Assembly: GCA_963832165.1 (NCBI GenBank)
Contig: CAWHTE010000011.1
Location: 352,001-416,000 of the forward strand
DNA from: an uncultured delta proteobacterium
Lineage (GTDB): Bacteria > Myxococcota_A > UBA9160 > SMWR01
DNA length: 64,000 nucleotides
Direction of reading: 5' to 3'
Numbering within the stretch: position 1 is the first letter of the stretch; each line of letters starts with the position of its first letter. Positions 9,174 through 17,267 of the stretch are shown here, piece by piece. Both the position numbers and the translations under genes were made by a program. Below the pieces are notes generated by a model that was not told the DNA's origin, ran no database searches, and saw only the letters and a list, made by a program, of their open reading frames with translations.

Positions 9174-9204
9174 GTGGTGCGAAGCCTCGTCGCGCTGCAC
9201 GACG
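9174..9204 (+). repeat. 31-bp exact copy of histidine kinase coding sequence at 22975-23005
   Basis: GTGGTGCGAAGCCTCGTCGCGCTGCACGACG at both places. Confidence 0.85.
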
Positions 9205-9241
9205 ATACGAGCGAGACATGACTAAACTACCTTGAGGGTAC

Positions 9242-10609
9242 CTACAACCAGTACTCCCAAGCGCGGGCCAACAGCTCTTTGATGCGCAGGTGGAGCGGAC
9301 GGCGCCGCCATTGCTCCAGCGCGATGGCGTCGGAGGCGGCCAGGTCCTTGGCGAACATCGCCTGCACCTGCTTGCCGAATTCCGCCCCCAGCACCACCGC
9401 ATTCAGCTCGTAGTTGTGCAGGAAGCTGCGCCAGTCGAGGTTGGTCGAACCGACCGTGGCCCATACGCCGTCGACCAGCGCCGTCTTGGAATGCAGGATC
9501 CCTCCGCGCCGTTCGTAGATCTTCACCCCGGCTCGCAGCAGCGGGTCGTAGTGTCTGCGCCCGGCGTGGAACACCAGCCAGGAGTCGGTCTGGCTCGGCA
9601 GGATCAGCTTCACGTCGACGCTGCGCCCAGCCGCACCTTCGAGTGCGGCGAGCAGTTGCGGGTCGGGGACGAAGTACGCGTTGGTCAGGTGCACGCTGGT
9701 CTCGGCGCTGCCGATGGCCGACAGCAGCGTGGCATAGATCAGGCTATAGGGTTCCTCGGGCGAACTGCCGATTGCGCGCACCACCTCCCGGCCAGCGCTC
9801 TCGAGTCGCGGGAAGTAATTCTTCTTCGCGAGCGCATCGCCCTTCTGACTTTCCCAGGTCGCCAGGAACAGCTTCTGCAACTCCGCCACTACTGGCCCCT
9901 CCAGCTGCAGGTCGGTGTCGCGCCACGCCGGGCTGTCCGCGGGCCGGGCGCGCATGCCGTGGCTGGACGAGCCGCCGGAGTAGACGCTGCTGATGTTGAT
10001 GCCGCCCAGGAACGCCGTGCGACCGTCGACGATCAGCAGCTTGCGGTGGTCGCGCTGGTTCAGTTCCCAATCCTTGCGCGCCACCACCGGGTTGACCGGG
10101 TTGAACTCGAGCACCTTGATGCCGCTGGCGGTCATGCGCTCGAAGAGGGCGACCGGCGTGCCGAGGGTGCCTACGCTGTCGCGGATGAGATTGACCTGTA
10201 CGCCTTGGCGCTGCTTGTCGATCAGCGCCTGCGCAAAGCGCTGGCCGACATCATCATCGTCCAGGATGTAGGTCTCCAGGTTGATGTGGTCTCGGGCCGC
10301 CAGAATGGCGGACAGCATCGCCCCGTAGGTGGCGGGGCCATCCTGGAGCAACACCACCCGGTTGCCGGTCGTCAGCGGGCTACCGACGATGGCCTCCTCG
10401 AGCGCCAGGTGGCGGTCGAAGATGCTGGTGTCCTGGCCGCGGCTCGCCAGTCGATCGAGGATGGCCTTGCTCTGCGCTGCCGATAGCGGACCGCGCGCCC
10501 CTTCCAGCTGCGCCGGAGGGCGCGGGTGTCGGGCCAGGTCGGGCACGATGGTCGGCAAGCTGGCGCAACTGGCCAAGCCGGCCAGCCCGGCCAAGCCGAG
10601 CAGGCACAC
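9242..10609 (-). CDS. cls: Cardiolipin synthase (phospholipase D family)
   Basis: Two HKD motifs, RDHRKLLIVDG and LHSKTALVDG, plus GSTNLDWRSF. Confidence 0.9.
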   Translation of the reverse strand: MCLLGLAGLAGLASCASLPTIVPDLARHPRPPAQLEGARGPLSAAQSKAILDRLASRGQDTSIFDRHLALEEAIVGSPLTTGNRVVLLQDGPATYGAMLSAILAARDHINLETYILDDDDVGQRFAQALIDKQRQGVQVNLIRDSVGTLGTPVALFERMTASGIKVLEFNPVNPVVARKDWELNQRDHRKLLIVDGRTAFLGGINISSVYSGGSSSHGMRARPADSPAWRDTDLQLEGPVVAELQKLFLATWESQKGDALAKKNYFPRLESAGREVVRAIGSSPEEPYSLIYATLLSAIGSAETSVHLTNAYFVPDPQLLAALEGAAGRSVDVKLILPSQTDSWLVFHAGRRHYDPLLRAGVKIYERRGGILHSKTALVDGVWATVGSTNLDWRSFLHNYELNAVVLGAEFGKQVQAMFAKDLAASDAIALEQWRRRPLHLRIKELLARAWEYWL

Positions 10610-10642
10610 GGCCAGCCGAGTACGAGAGTGCAGCGGGTGCCC

Positions 10643-11260
10643 TCACGCGCTCAGGGACAACACGCCGAGAACCCGACGCGTGCGCATCAGGCCGACCTTC
10701 ACAGCGCTTGCGCTCTTGCCCGTCTCGCGCGCGATTGCTTTGACGGAACGGCCGTGCGAGTAACGCAGGTGGAATATGTGGCGCGCGGTCGCGGACACAT
10801 TGCGCTGCAGGGAGCGGTTGCACCGCGCCCAGATTCGTGAGGCGTCGACGCTGTCCTCGATCGACGCGACCCGTGCGGCCAGGTCGTGGGCTTCGTCGAG
10901 TGGCGTCATCTCGGGAGAGCGGCGCGAGAAACGGTTGAGGGTCACGTGGCGAGCAATGCCGAGGATCCAGGACAGCAGGCTGGAGCGTCCCTCGTACCGC
11001 TCGATCGAACGGTAGACCTGAAGGAAGACGTCCTGGGCGACGTCCTCGGCCTCGGTCGGGTTGCCGAGCCGACGGAGCGCGAATCCGAACACAGCGGGAT
11101 ACACGCGGCGGTACAGCTCGGAGTAGGCCTGCTCCTCACCCGCCCGCAGTCGAATCACGAGCGCATCGTCCTGCGCGCACCGGCCGCTAGCGCGAGCGGG
11201 GACGGATCGGTCTCCAAGCTGCGTTGACGTCAACTGGATCGATGAAGCGTCGCGGTCCAC
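10643..11260 (-). CDS. ECF RNA polymerase sigma factor
   Basis: EAEDVAQDVFLQVY...YEGRSSLLSWILGIA (region 2); SVKAIARETGKSASAVK (region 4). Confidence 0.85.
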   Translation of the reverse strand: MDRDASSIQLTSTQLGDRSVPARASGRCAQDDALVIRLRAGEEQAYSELYRRVYPAVFGFALRRLGNPTEAEDVAQDVFLQVYRSIERYEGRSSLLSWILGIARHVTLNRFSRRSPEMTPLDEAHDLAARVASIEDSVDASRIWARCNRSLQRNVSATARHIFHLRYSHGRSVKAIARETGKSASAVKVGLMRTRRVLGVLSLSA

Positions 11261-11334
11261 ATCGGACGCAGCATGGGGGCATTCCTTCTTCGCATCGACG
11301 ACAGGAACGCTAGTCCGGTTGGGGAGACAGCCAG

Positions 11335-11354
11335 TATCCCCGGATCCGGGTATT
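11335..11354 (-). promoter_or_regulatory. 20-bp palindromic operator, copy 4
   Basis: TATCCCCGGATCCGGGTATT; TAGCGT (minus strand, 11307-11312), 22-bp spacer. Confidence 0.7.
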
Positions 11355-11464
11355 ACCGAGTGGCAAGACCGTGGGATTTTTCACGGATCTGCGAGGCGCT
11401 GGAGAGAACACCGAAGCGGTGTCCTCTCCAGCTGGGGGGAGCTGCGCTCGCAAGCGCCGTAGCG

Positions 11465-12001
11465 CTAGTGGCTGCGAGCCATTACCTCGACGCGCCCCTC
11501 GCGCTTCGAGCACGACTCGGTCGAGTCATCGCACTCGACCCGTTTCGCGGCGAAGCGACCCGTCTCGATTCGGTCACCGGAAATGCCCGTTCGGATCAGC
11601 GCGTCCCGAACATTGGCGATACGCCGCGGGCTCAGGTCCACGTTGTACTGGTTGGTGCCGCGCGACAGATCCGTGGAGCCGTCGATCCCGACGCGGACGG
11701 ACGGATTCTGCTTCATGTAAGCGGCGACGTCGGAGATCTTGTTCATCTCGGACGGCCGAATGTCCGCCGTGTCGAAATCGAACATGATGTCCCGGAGCGA
11801 GATCCAGCCCGTCTCCGAGGCAGCCGGACCCGGCGCAGCCATGCCGGGCTGACCCTGGGTGCCCGTCAGGCCGGTGGTCCCCTGGGCGCCGGTCATGCCT
11901 GTGGGACCCGGCGGGCCCGTATGGCCACGCGGGCCTGTCGGACCCGTGCAAGCGAGTGCGAACAGCGCGATAGCTGCCAGCAGCGGTGAATGCTTGATCA
12001 T
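11465..12001 (-). CDS. Lipoprotein with collagen-like Gly-X-Y repeats and OmpA-like C-terminal domain
   Basis: Lipobox ALAC, then 11 Gly-X-Y triplets, then DIMFDFD...IDGSTD...YNVDLS.RR..NVRDAL...RVEV. Confidence 0.85.
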   Translation of the reverse strand: MIKHSPLLAAIALFALACTGPTGPRGHTGPPGPTGMTGAQGTTGLTGTQGQPGMAAPGPAASETGWISLRDIMFDFDTADIRPSEMNKISDVAAYMKQNPSVRVGIDGSTDLSRGTNQYNVDLSPRRIANVRDALIRTGISGDRIETGRFAAKRVECDDSTESCSKREGRVEVMARSH

Positions 12002-12116
12002 GGTTGCTTCCCTCCTAACAGGGTGAAACGACAGAGGGTGAAACGACAATACGTCACACACTTCTTGTTTCTGGCGATCTCGTGATTGAACCCTACGCCG
12101 AAGGCGAGACCGCCGG

Positions 12117-12136
12117 TATCCCGGGATCCACGGGAA
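12117..12136 (-). promoter_or_regulatory. 20-bp palindromic operator, copy 5
   Basis: TATCCCGGGATCCACGGGAA; TAGGGT (minus strand, 12090-12095), 21-bp spacer. Confidence 0.75.
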
Positions 12137-12162
12137 TCGCGCACTGAAGCCGCTGATTTCCT

Positions 12163-12267
12163 CTACAGCACCAGATCGAGTGTGCGCACGCTCGAGAAGC
12201 GCTTCGCGACGTCGGACCAGTCCACGAGCTTCCAGAACGCCTTCACCCAATCTCCCTTGACGTTCTC
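12163..12267 (-). pseudogene. 3' remnant of a second Fe/Mn SOD gene
   Basis: ENVKGDWVKAFWKLVDWSDVAKRF resembles the SOD C-terminal helix; the metal-ligand region is absent. Confidence 0.6.
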
Positions 12268-12378
12268 CGGGAGCGTGTACTTCACCATTGGATCACTCCC
12301 TTGCAAGCGTCGGGACCTGATGAAAAGCGAAACCCCTCCGGAGCGTCGCCGCAACGGAGGGGTCTGCCACGATGCCTG

Positions 12379-12714
12379 CTATTTGTCGGTCTTCAACGCG
12401 AGGGCATTGTGCACGTCTTTGACACCCTCGACGTGCTTCGCCACATCCACCGCCTGGGCGATCTGCGCGGAGGATGCGACCTCGCCGGACAGGGTGACGA
12501 CGCCCTTGGTGGATTCCACGCTGATCGGGAGCGATTTCAGATTCTTTTCGGTGAGGAGCGCCGCCTTGACCTTGGTGGTTAGCGCCGAATCCTCGATGTA
12601 ATCGCCGGTCTTTGCCGCGGCGGTGGGAGCCTCGGCATTGGCAGCCAGGGAGACCGCCGGTCCGGCGGCAAGCACACATGCAGCAACGAACATCAGAGCT
12701 TTCAGATTCTTCAT
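12379..12714 (-). CDS. Single-BON-domain exported protein
   Basis: Signal peptide, then DSALTTKVKAALL...GVVTLSG...VEGVKDV.N. Confidence 0.88.
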   Translation of the reverse strand: MKNLKALMFVAACVLAAGPAVSLAANAEAPTAAAKTGDYIEDSALTTKVKAALLTEKNLKSLPISVESTKGVVTLSGEVASSAQIAQAVDVAKHVEGVKDVHNALALKTDK

Positions 12715-12770
12715 TCGGGGACCCTTCCTTTGTTACGCTCGCGCAAGACGCCGGGCGCGGTGAGCAACGC

Positions 12771-13169
12771 CTAGCTTGGGTGGCGCACGGCCGCTCGCGC
12801 GATCAACAAGCTGGCGACGAATATTACGAGCCCGGTCGCCTCCGGAATCGGCAGCGCGGTGCTCCGCGGGTCACGCATGGGCACGGCGAGCCGCGTCGAG
12901 ATCCGATCGCGCCACTCGTGCGCTCGCCAGTCCTCGCGAAGGCCCGGCGGAAGCTCGTCACTCTCGAACCGACCCGGCGGAAGGTCGTCGACGAGAATGG
13001 GAGACGCGCCATCGTAGAGCGGGACGCCACGCTCCGGCGAATTCAACTGGATCGACGAATCGTCGCGGTCCGCTTGCTTCTGACAGGAGTCGTCGAGGCA
13101 CGGCACGGCCTGCGCGGGAGTGCAGAGCAGCGCAAGACCGAAGGCGAGAATCCACTTCGGACGCAGCAA
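12771..13169 (-). CDS. Small exported protein with PEP-CTERM-like tail
   Basis: Signal peptide ending AQA; C-terminal IPEAT, hydrophobic stretch, then basic residues. Confidence 0.55.
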   Translation of the reverse strand: MLRPKWILAFGLALLCTPAQAVPCLDDSCQKQADRDDSSIQLNSPERGVPLYDGASPILVDDLPPGRFESDELPPGLREDWRAHEWRDRISTRLAVPMRDPRSTALPIPEATGLVIFVASLLIARAAVRHPS

Positions 13170-13226
13170 TTGGGGCGTTCCTTTCGCGTGACCACCGGAA
13201 CGCTAGTTCGGTTGGGGAACGGCCAG

Positions 13227-13246
13227 TATCCGCGGATCCGGGTATA
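13227..13246 (-). promoter_or_regulatory. 20-bp palindromic operator, copy 6
   Basis: TATCCGCGGATCCGGGTATA; TAGCGT (minus strand, 13200-13205), 21-bp spacer. Confidence 0.75.
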
Positions 13247-13310
13247 CCGAGTCGCGACACCGTGGAGAATGTCGCGATGACGTGCACCGGCGTGCGAATC
13301 GCGACGCCCT

Positions 13311-14873
13311 CTAGCGCGCCAGCCCCAACGCGGCGCGGTCCGCGCATCCGATCGCGACGAGGAACATCACGCTCTTGCCGGCGGCGTGCGGCGAGAAGAA
13401 CTCCGTGACCTCGTCGTCGTAGAAGGTGAGCCCCGTGGCGCCTAACCCCTGCGCGTAGGCCGCGAGATACAGACGGCCGCCGATGATTCCCCCCTCGAGC
13501 TGAGCGGCGCGATAGCCGCGATTGCCGAATCGGTCGAGGACGCGCGGCAGATCCACCAGGCTGTAGATGTTGACGGCCGCGTCGGCGGCCAGCGGCTGAT
13601 CGAGCGCGAGGTGCCCCGCCTCGCTCCGGAGGCTTCCCTCGCGCAGCAGCTCGAGCGATCGCTCGGCGCGCCGGTAGGTGTAGCTGCCGGGAGCGAGGCC
13701 TTCGACCGCGTTCACGATCAGATAGAGATCCAGCAGCGTTCCGTCCGGAGGCGCCAGGAAGTCGGCGGGTATGTCTGCGGACGCGCACTCGAGCGCTCGC
13801 GAGAGTGCTTCGAAGGAGATCGATCTCATGCGGTCGAACGCTCGGGTCGATCCGCGCCGCCGGATCACGTGATCGAGTGACTCTTCCGGCGGCGGGGAAT
13901 CGAGGCGTAGACGCGTAAGCGCTCCCTTCGGTGCGGGCTCCTTGCGCGCGGAAGAGCTCCCCTTCCAGATCCGCGCCTCGTCGCCATCGGCGAGCGATGA
14001 GGCGGCGTGGGCGCGTCGGATCTCCGGGAAGTCGATCTCCTTTCGTGAGAGCGGCCGGGTTGCGAGCTCGAGCTTCATCGGGCTGGAGGCCGGCGGTGCC
14101 GGGTGAAGCGCGTGCCCGAGAGGGACGCAGGTGAGCGTCCCCTCGCGTCGCGGATCGAGACCCAAAAGGCGTTCCACCGGTCCGTCCGCCCAGCCGAGGA
14201 CGATTCGCGGTGAGAGCTCCTCGGTCGCGGCGACAGCGAGCAGGTTGGCGTGCAAGGTGCCCGCGTCCCAGAAGCAGTGCCGCCACGCGCGCGCTTGATA
14301 CTTCCAGCTGTTGCGCCAGTACGTCGATGCGCTCACCACCAAGACCGGCGCGCGCGCGAGCGCCGGATCACCGCCCGCCGCCTCCACCAGAACGCCGCGC
14401 CAGTCGCCCTCTCGCAAACGTGTCAGCGTGAAGTCGTGCGGGCCGAAGTGATAGGCGCCCGCCGGGAGCGCCTCGAGGTCGCCCGTCACGAGGTACAGAT
14501 CCACGTGGTGGAGCGCGCCGGTGTTGGCGTAGGCGCGGAGATAGATCTCTCCACCTGGGTGACGCTTGCGCTTGGTGATCCCCGCCGAGAGCTGGAGCAC
14601 GCGCGAGAGTGCCCGGAGATCCGGGCTGCGCGTGCCGAGCGATCCGCGCTTCGTGGACGAGCGGCTCGCCATTGCGGTGAGCGCTGGGATCGCCGGCTCG
14701 GAGAAGTCCCGCGGAAGAGCGATCCGATCGAGATCCGGATAAACCTTGAACGGAAGCGGACGATTCTCCCAGTCGAGCGCGTAGCGGCTCGCCCGCACAC
14801 TCTGCGGGCTGTGCTTCGTCGCCTCGTGGTAGGTGACGATCTCGTGGATATCCCGGTTCCCCATCGTCACCAC
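13311..14873 (-). CDS. SagB/ThcOx-type tandem nitroreductase-domain flavoprotein
   Basis: YHEATKHS, LRAYANTGALH, WKYQARAWRH, IRRRGSTR, RGYRAAQLEGG, GATGLTFYDD. Confidence 0.82.
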   Translation of the reverse strand: MVTMGNRDIHEIVTYHEATKHSPQSVRASRYALDWENRPLPFKVYPDLDRIALPRDFSEPAIPALTAMASRSSTKRGSLGTRSPDLRALSRVLQLSAGITKRKRHPGGEIYLRAYANTGALHHVDLYLVTGDLEALPAGAYHFGPHDFTLTRLREGDWRGVLVEAAGGDPALARAPVLVVSASTYWRNSWKYQARAWRHCFWDAGTLHANLLAVAATEELSPRIVLGWADGPVERLLGLDPRREGTLTCVPLGHALHPAPPASSPMKLELATRPLSRKEIDFPEIRRAHAASSLADGDEARIWKGSSSARKEPAPKGALTRLRLDSPPPEESLDHVIRRRGSTRAFDRMRSISFEALSRALECASADIPADFLAPPDGTLLDLYLIVNAVEGLAPGSYTYRRAERSLELLREGSLRSEAGHLALDQPLAADAAVNIYSLVDLPRVLDRFGNRGYRAAQLEGGIIGGRLYLAAYAQGLGATGLTFYDDEVTEFFSPHAAGKSVMFLVAIGCADRAALGLAR

Positions 14874-14898
14874 TAGCGACGGAGCCGTCGCTTACCGA

Positions 14899-15117
14899 CT
14901 AGCTCGGTTTGAACGCCAGCAGCGCGACCCCGCCAACCACGATCGCGCAAACGCCAGCCCACACCGGGACGTTGACGGTTTCCCTGTCCTTCACCGACAG
15001 CTCGAGCGGGCCGATCTTGGCCTCGTGGGTCTCCTTGGTGTAGCTGAAGCCACCGTACGCCAGCCCAAGGATGCCGCATACCATCAGCACGATTCCGACC
15101 ATCTTGATTGCGCTCAT
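14899..15117 (-). CDS. Small two-TM membrane protein (DUF3185-like)
   Basis: YGGFSYTKETHEAKIGPLELSV...VPVWAG. Confidence 0.75.
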   Translation of the reverse strand: MSAIKMVGIVLMVCGILGLAYGGFSYTKETHEAKIGPLELSVKDRETVNVPVWAGVCAIVVGGVALLAFKPS

Positions 15118-15150
15118 CTCGTATCGCCTCGGATCAACCCGGAGTTCGAC

Positions 15151-15318
15151 TCAGCGCAGTGCGCGCTTGGCCTTATCGATCAGATTCTCGGCCTTCTTTT
15201 TGATCTTCCCGACGGCCTGGTCGGTCTTCCCCTGCCGCTTCAGTCCCTTGTCGTTGGTCAAAACTCCCGCAGCTTCCTTCACCCGACCCTTCAGTTCATC
15301 AGCCTTGCCACTCGCCAT
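15151..15318 (-). CDS. csbD: CsbD family stress protein (55 aa)
   Basis: Not in the ORF track. MASGKADELKGRVKEAAGVLTNDKGLKRQGKTDQAVGKIKKKAENLIDKAKRALR*; RBS AGGAGG. Confidence 0.88.
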   Translation of the reverse strand: MASGKADELKGRVKEAAGVLTNDKGLKRQGKTDQAVGKIKKKAENLIDKAKRALR

Positions 15319-15355
15319 GTTCGATTCCTCCTGATTGTTTCCTGCCGACCGTCAG

Positions 15356-15619
15356 TTACTGCTGCGGTCGACGCTTCGCTTCGATTCGATCACCCACCTT
15401 CAATCCCTTGAGCGTCTCGTCGGACGCCTCGAACTCGTGGGGCTTGCCGTCGCTGCTGCGCACCGTCACGCGGCTCCGATCGAGATCGATCTTCGTCACC
15501 TCTCCCGCGACGACCTCGGAAGCCTGCTCCACTGCCAACGCCGTCCGCGGCGCGACGAAGATGCCTAGCCCCAGGGCGACCGTCAGCGCGATCGCTGCGA
15601 GACCGAGACTCTTCCTCAT
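15356..15619 (-). CDS. Small exported beta-barrel/OB-fold-like protein
   Basis: Signal peptide; GEVTKID...VTV...LKVGDRI; RBS GAGGAG. Confidence 0.7.
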   Translation of the reverse strand: MRKSLGLAAIALTVALGLGIFVAPRTALAVEQASEVVAGEVTKIDLDRSRVTVRSSDGKPHEFEASDETLKGLKVGDRIEAKRRPQQ

Positions 15620-15629
15620 GACTCCTCCT

Positions 15630-15857
15630 CTAATCTTCATCGTTCGATTCGTGTCGGGTGATGTCATAGATGGCGCCCGCTACCGCGCCGACACCCGTGC
15701 CGATCATTGCGCCCTTGCCGGCCCCGTAGCCCGTCGAGGCACCGATGGCCGCGCCGCCAGCCGCCCCCACCGCGGCACCGGTTAGGGTCCCGCAACCCGC
15801 GAAGATCAGGGCTGCGAGCATCAGGGCCAGAATCGCCCTCGTTATGCGAGCCGTCAT
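15630..15857 (-). CDS. Glycine-zipper lipoprotein
   Basis: Lipobox FAGC; GAAVGAAGGAAIG...GAMIGTGVGAVAGAIY. Confidence 0.8.
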   Translation of the reverse strand: MTARITRAILALMLAALIFAGCGTLTGAAVGAAGGAAIGASTGYGAGKGAMIGTGVGAVAGAIYDITRHESNDED

Positions 15858-16036
15858 TGGGGATCCCGACGCTTCACCATCGAGCTCAAGGCGAAGACTG
15901 CGATTGCACCGAGGACGATCGAAACCATGAATGCCAACGGGTGCCTCCTGTCCCCTTCGACTTCGTCGGCGTGGGGAGAGCCGCGACGATCTGCCTCGAG
16001 CCGAGTAGCGCGTGGGCCTCTACTCGATGCAGGCAA
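15854..16036 (-). CDS. Hypothetical small protein with one TM helix (start uncertain)
   Basis: Stop overlaps the next gene's ATG; hydrophobic FMVSIVLGAIAVFAL segment. Confidence 0.35.
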   Translation of the reverse strand: MPASSRGPRATRLEADRRGSPHADEVEGDRRHPLAFMVSIVLGAIAVFALSSMVKRRDPQ

Positions 16037-16065
16037 TCAAGCTAGTCGCGCACGAAACGCGTCGA

Positions 16066-16085
16066 TATCCACGGATCCGGGGGTA
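16066..16085 (-). promoter_or_regulatory. 20-bp palindromic operator, copy 7
   Basis: TATCCACGGATCCGGGGGTA; TAGCTT (minus strand, 16039-16044), 21-bp spacer. Confidence 0.75.
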
Positions 16086-16198
16086 CCACGCGGGGAAAGT
16101 GTTGATTCGTTGCGGAGAGTGCGGTTCGCAGCCGCTTCATCGCGCCGCGGCAGTGACGCGACCCGGTACGCAGTACGAGACGTCGCGCGGTGCGAGCG

Positions 16199-16411
16199 AT
16201 GCTGCGCGTCATCCACGCCGCCTTCGCCGACCACCTCGACGCACTCGGTCACTTCCGGGACGTGGCCCACGATCCTCCTCACGTCGACTAGCTCGTGACG
16301 GGGAGCGGCTTCGACCGCCCGCGCTTCGAGGCGCTCTGGGGTGACGTCGCGCGCTTCATCGCCGGCGACGCACCGAGCAGACGGCGAACGAAGGCCCGGC
16401 CGAAGGTGTGA
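16199..16411 (+). pseudogene. 3' remnant of a lipase/alpha-beta-hydrolase-like gene
   Basis: RVIHAAFADHLDALGHF...PPHVD*LVTGSGFDRPRFEALWGDVARF, with an internal TAG (16289-16291) that is plausibly a mutated TGG. Confidence 0.5.
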
Positions 16412-16489
16412 ATTGCTCACGGCTGGCGGCGCGTTAGTTCTCGAGACTCCACGAGATCGTCACTGGAACCTCGGACTTCCGCGGGTGAC

Positions 16490-16509
16490 TTTCCCGGGAT
16501 CTGTGGATG
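16490..16509 (+). promoter_or_regulatory. 20-bp palindromic operator, copy 8
   Basis: TTTCCCGGGATCTGTGGATG; CACGCT at 16532-16537 (22-bp spacer). Confidence 0.6.
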
Positions 16510-16584
16510 GACCACCCAGCACCCGCTTTGCCACGCTCTCGCCGCTCGGGACGGGAACCCGGAGTGATGGACCAGGGGGTGGCG

Positions 16585-17016
16585 ATGAGCGAGTGGGCGG
16601 GCCTCAGCGTAGGCTTCTTCGGCGGGGCGCGAGCGAGCCGTCGATCTCGGATCCATGGTAGGCGCATCCTCTATGTCGACGACGAGCTCTCGATGCGGCT
16701 CGCGGTGGCGCGCGTGCTGCGCGGCGCTGGCGCGGTCTGTCTCGGCTCCGCTACTCACGACCAGGCCGTCGTGCTGCTCGCGTTCGAACCCCGCGTCGAC
16801 TTGGCGATTCTCGATTTTCAGATGCCAGACGGCGACGTGGGCCGTCTGGTGAAACGCCTGCACTGGCAGCGCTCCGCTCTGCCGCTGGTGGGGACGAGCG
16901 GTTCGGATCAGCGCGCCGAGTTCGCCGCGCGGGGAGTCGACCGCTTCCTGCCGAAGCCCTGGGCGCTCGATGATCTGATCCGCGTCGCGGATTGGTCGGA
17001 AGTGCCTGTCAGTTGA
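16585..17016 (+). CDS. Single-domain response regulator (receiver)
   Basis: ILYVDDE...DLAILDFQMP...TSG...FLPKPW. Start uncertain. Confidence 0.82.
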   Translation: MSEWAGLSVGFFGGARASRRSRIHGRRILYVDDELSMRLAVARVLRGAGAVCLGSATHDQAVVLLAFEPRVDLAILDFQMPDGDVGRLVKRLHWQRSALPLVGTSGSDQRAEFAARGVDRFLPKPWALDDLIRVADWSEVPVS

Positions 17017-17092
17017 ATGCCACGTCTCCGGCGAGTGAAATCCCGCCGTTCCGCGAATCGAGCTGGATCGAATCCACACCTTCCACGCGCGA

Positions 17093-17112
17093 TCTACCGG
17101 GATCTGGGGATA
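17093..17112 (+). promoter_or_regulatory. 20-bp palindromic operator, copy 9
   Basis: TCTACCGGGATCTGGGGATA; TAGTGT at 17135-17140 (22-bp spacer). Confidence 0.65.
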
Positions 17113-17267
17113 CTCGCGATCCTTCCTTCTACGGTAGTGTGGGTAATTCCCTCTCCGGGGGCAGGCGGCTTTGACGCAGCGAAGCCTGCTCGTGGCGGCG
17201 GATCTTTTGATTGCACGGGGAGCTGGCACCCGGCCCGTCCGTTCAGCCCAACAGCAAGAGTGTCACC

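Noticed and set aside
12020..12048. AGGGTGAAACGACA tandem repeat; also ANL x3 (~5729-5757) and poly-Gln CAG run (~41763-41780)
   Set aside because: Short local slippage repeats with no further supporting structure.
13311..14873. SagB/ThcOx gene as part of an azole RiPP cluster
   Set aside because: No YcaO, E1-like or Cys/Ser/Thr-rich precursor gene is nearby; stand-alone tandem nitroreductases are common.
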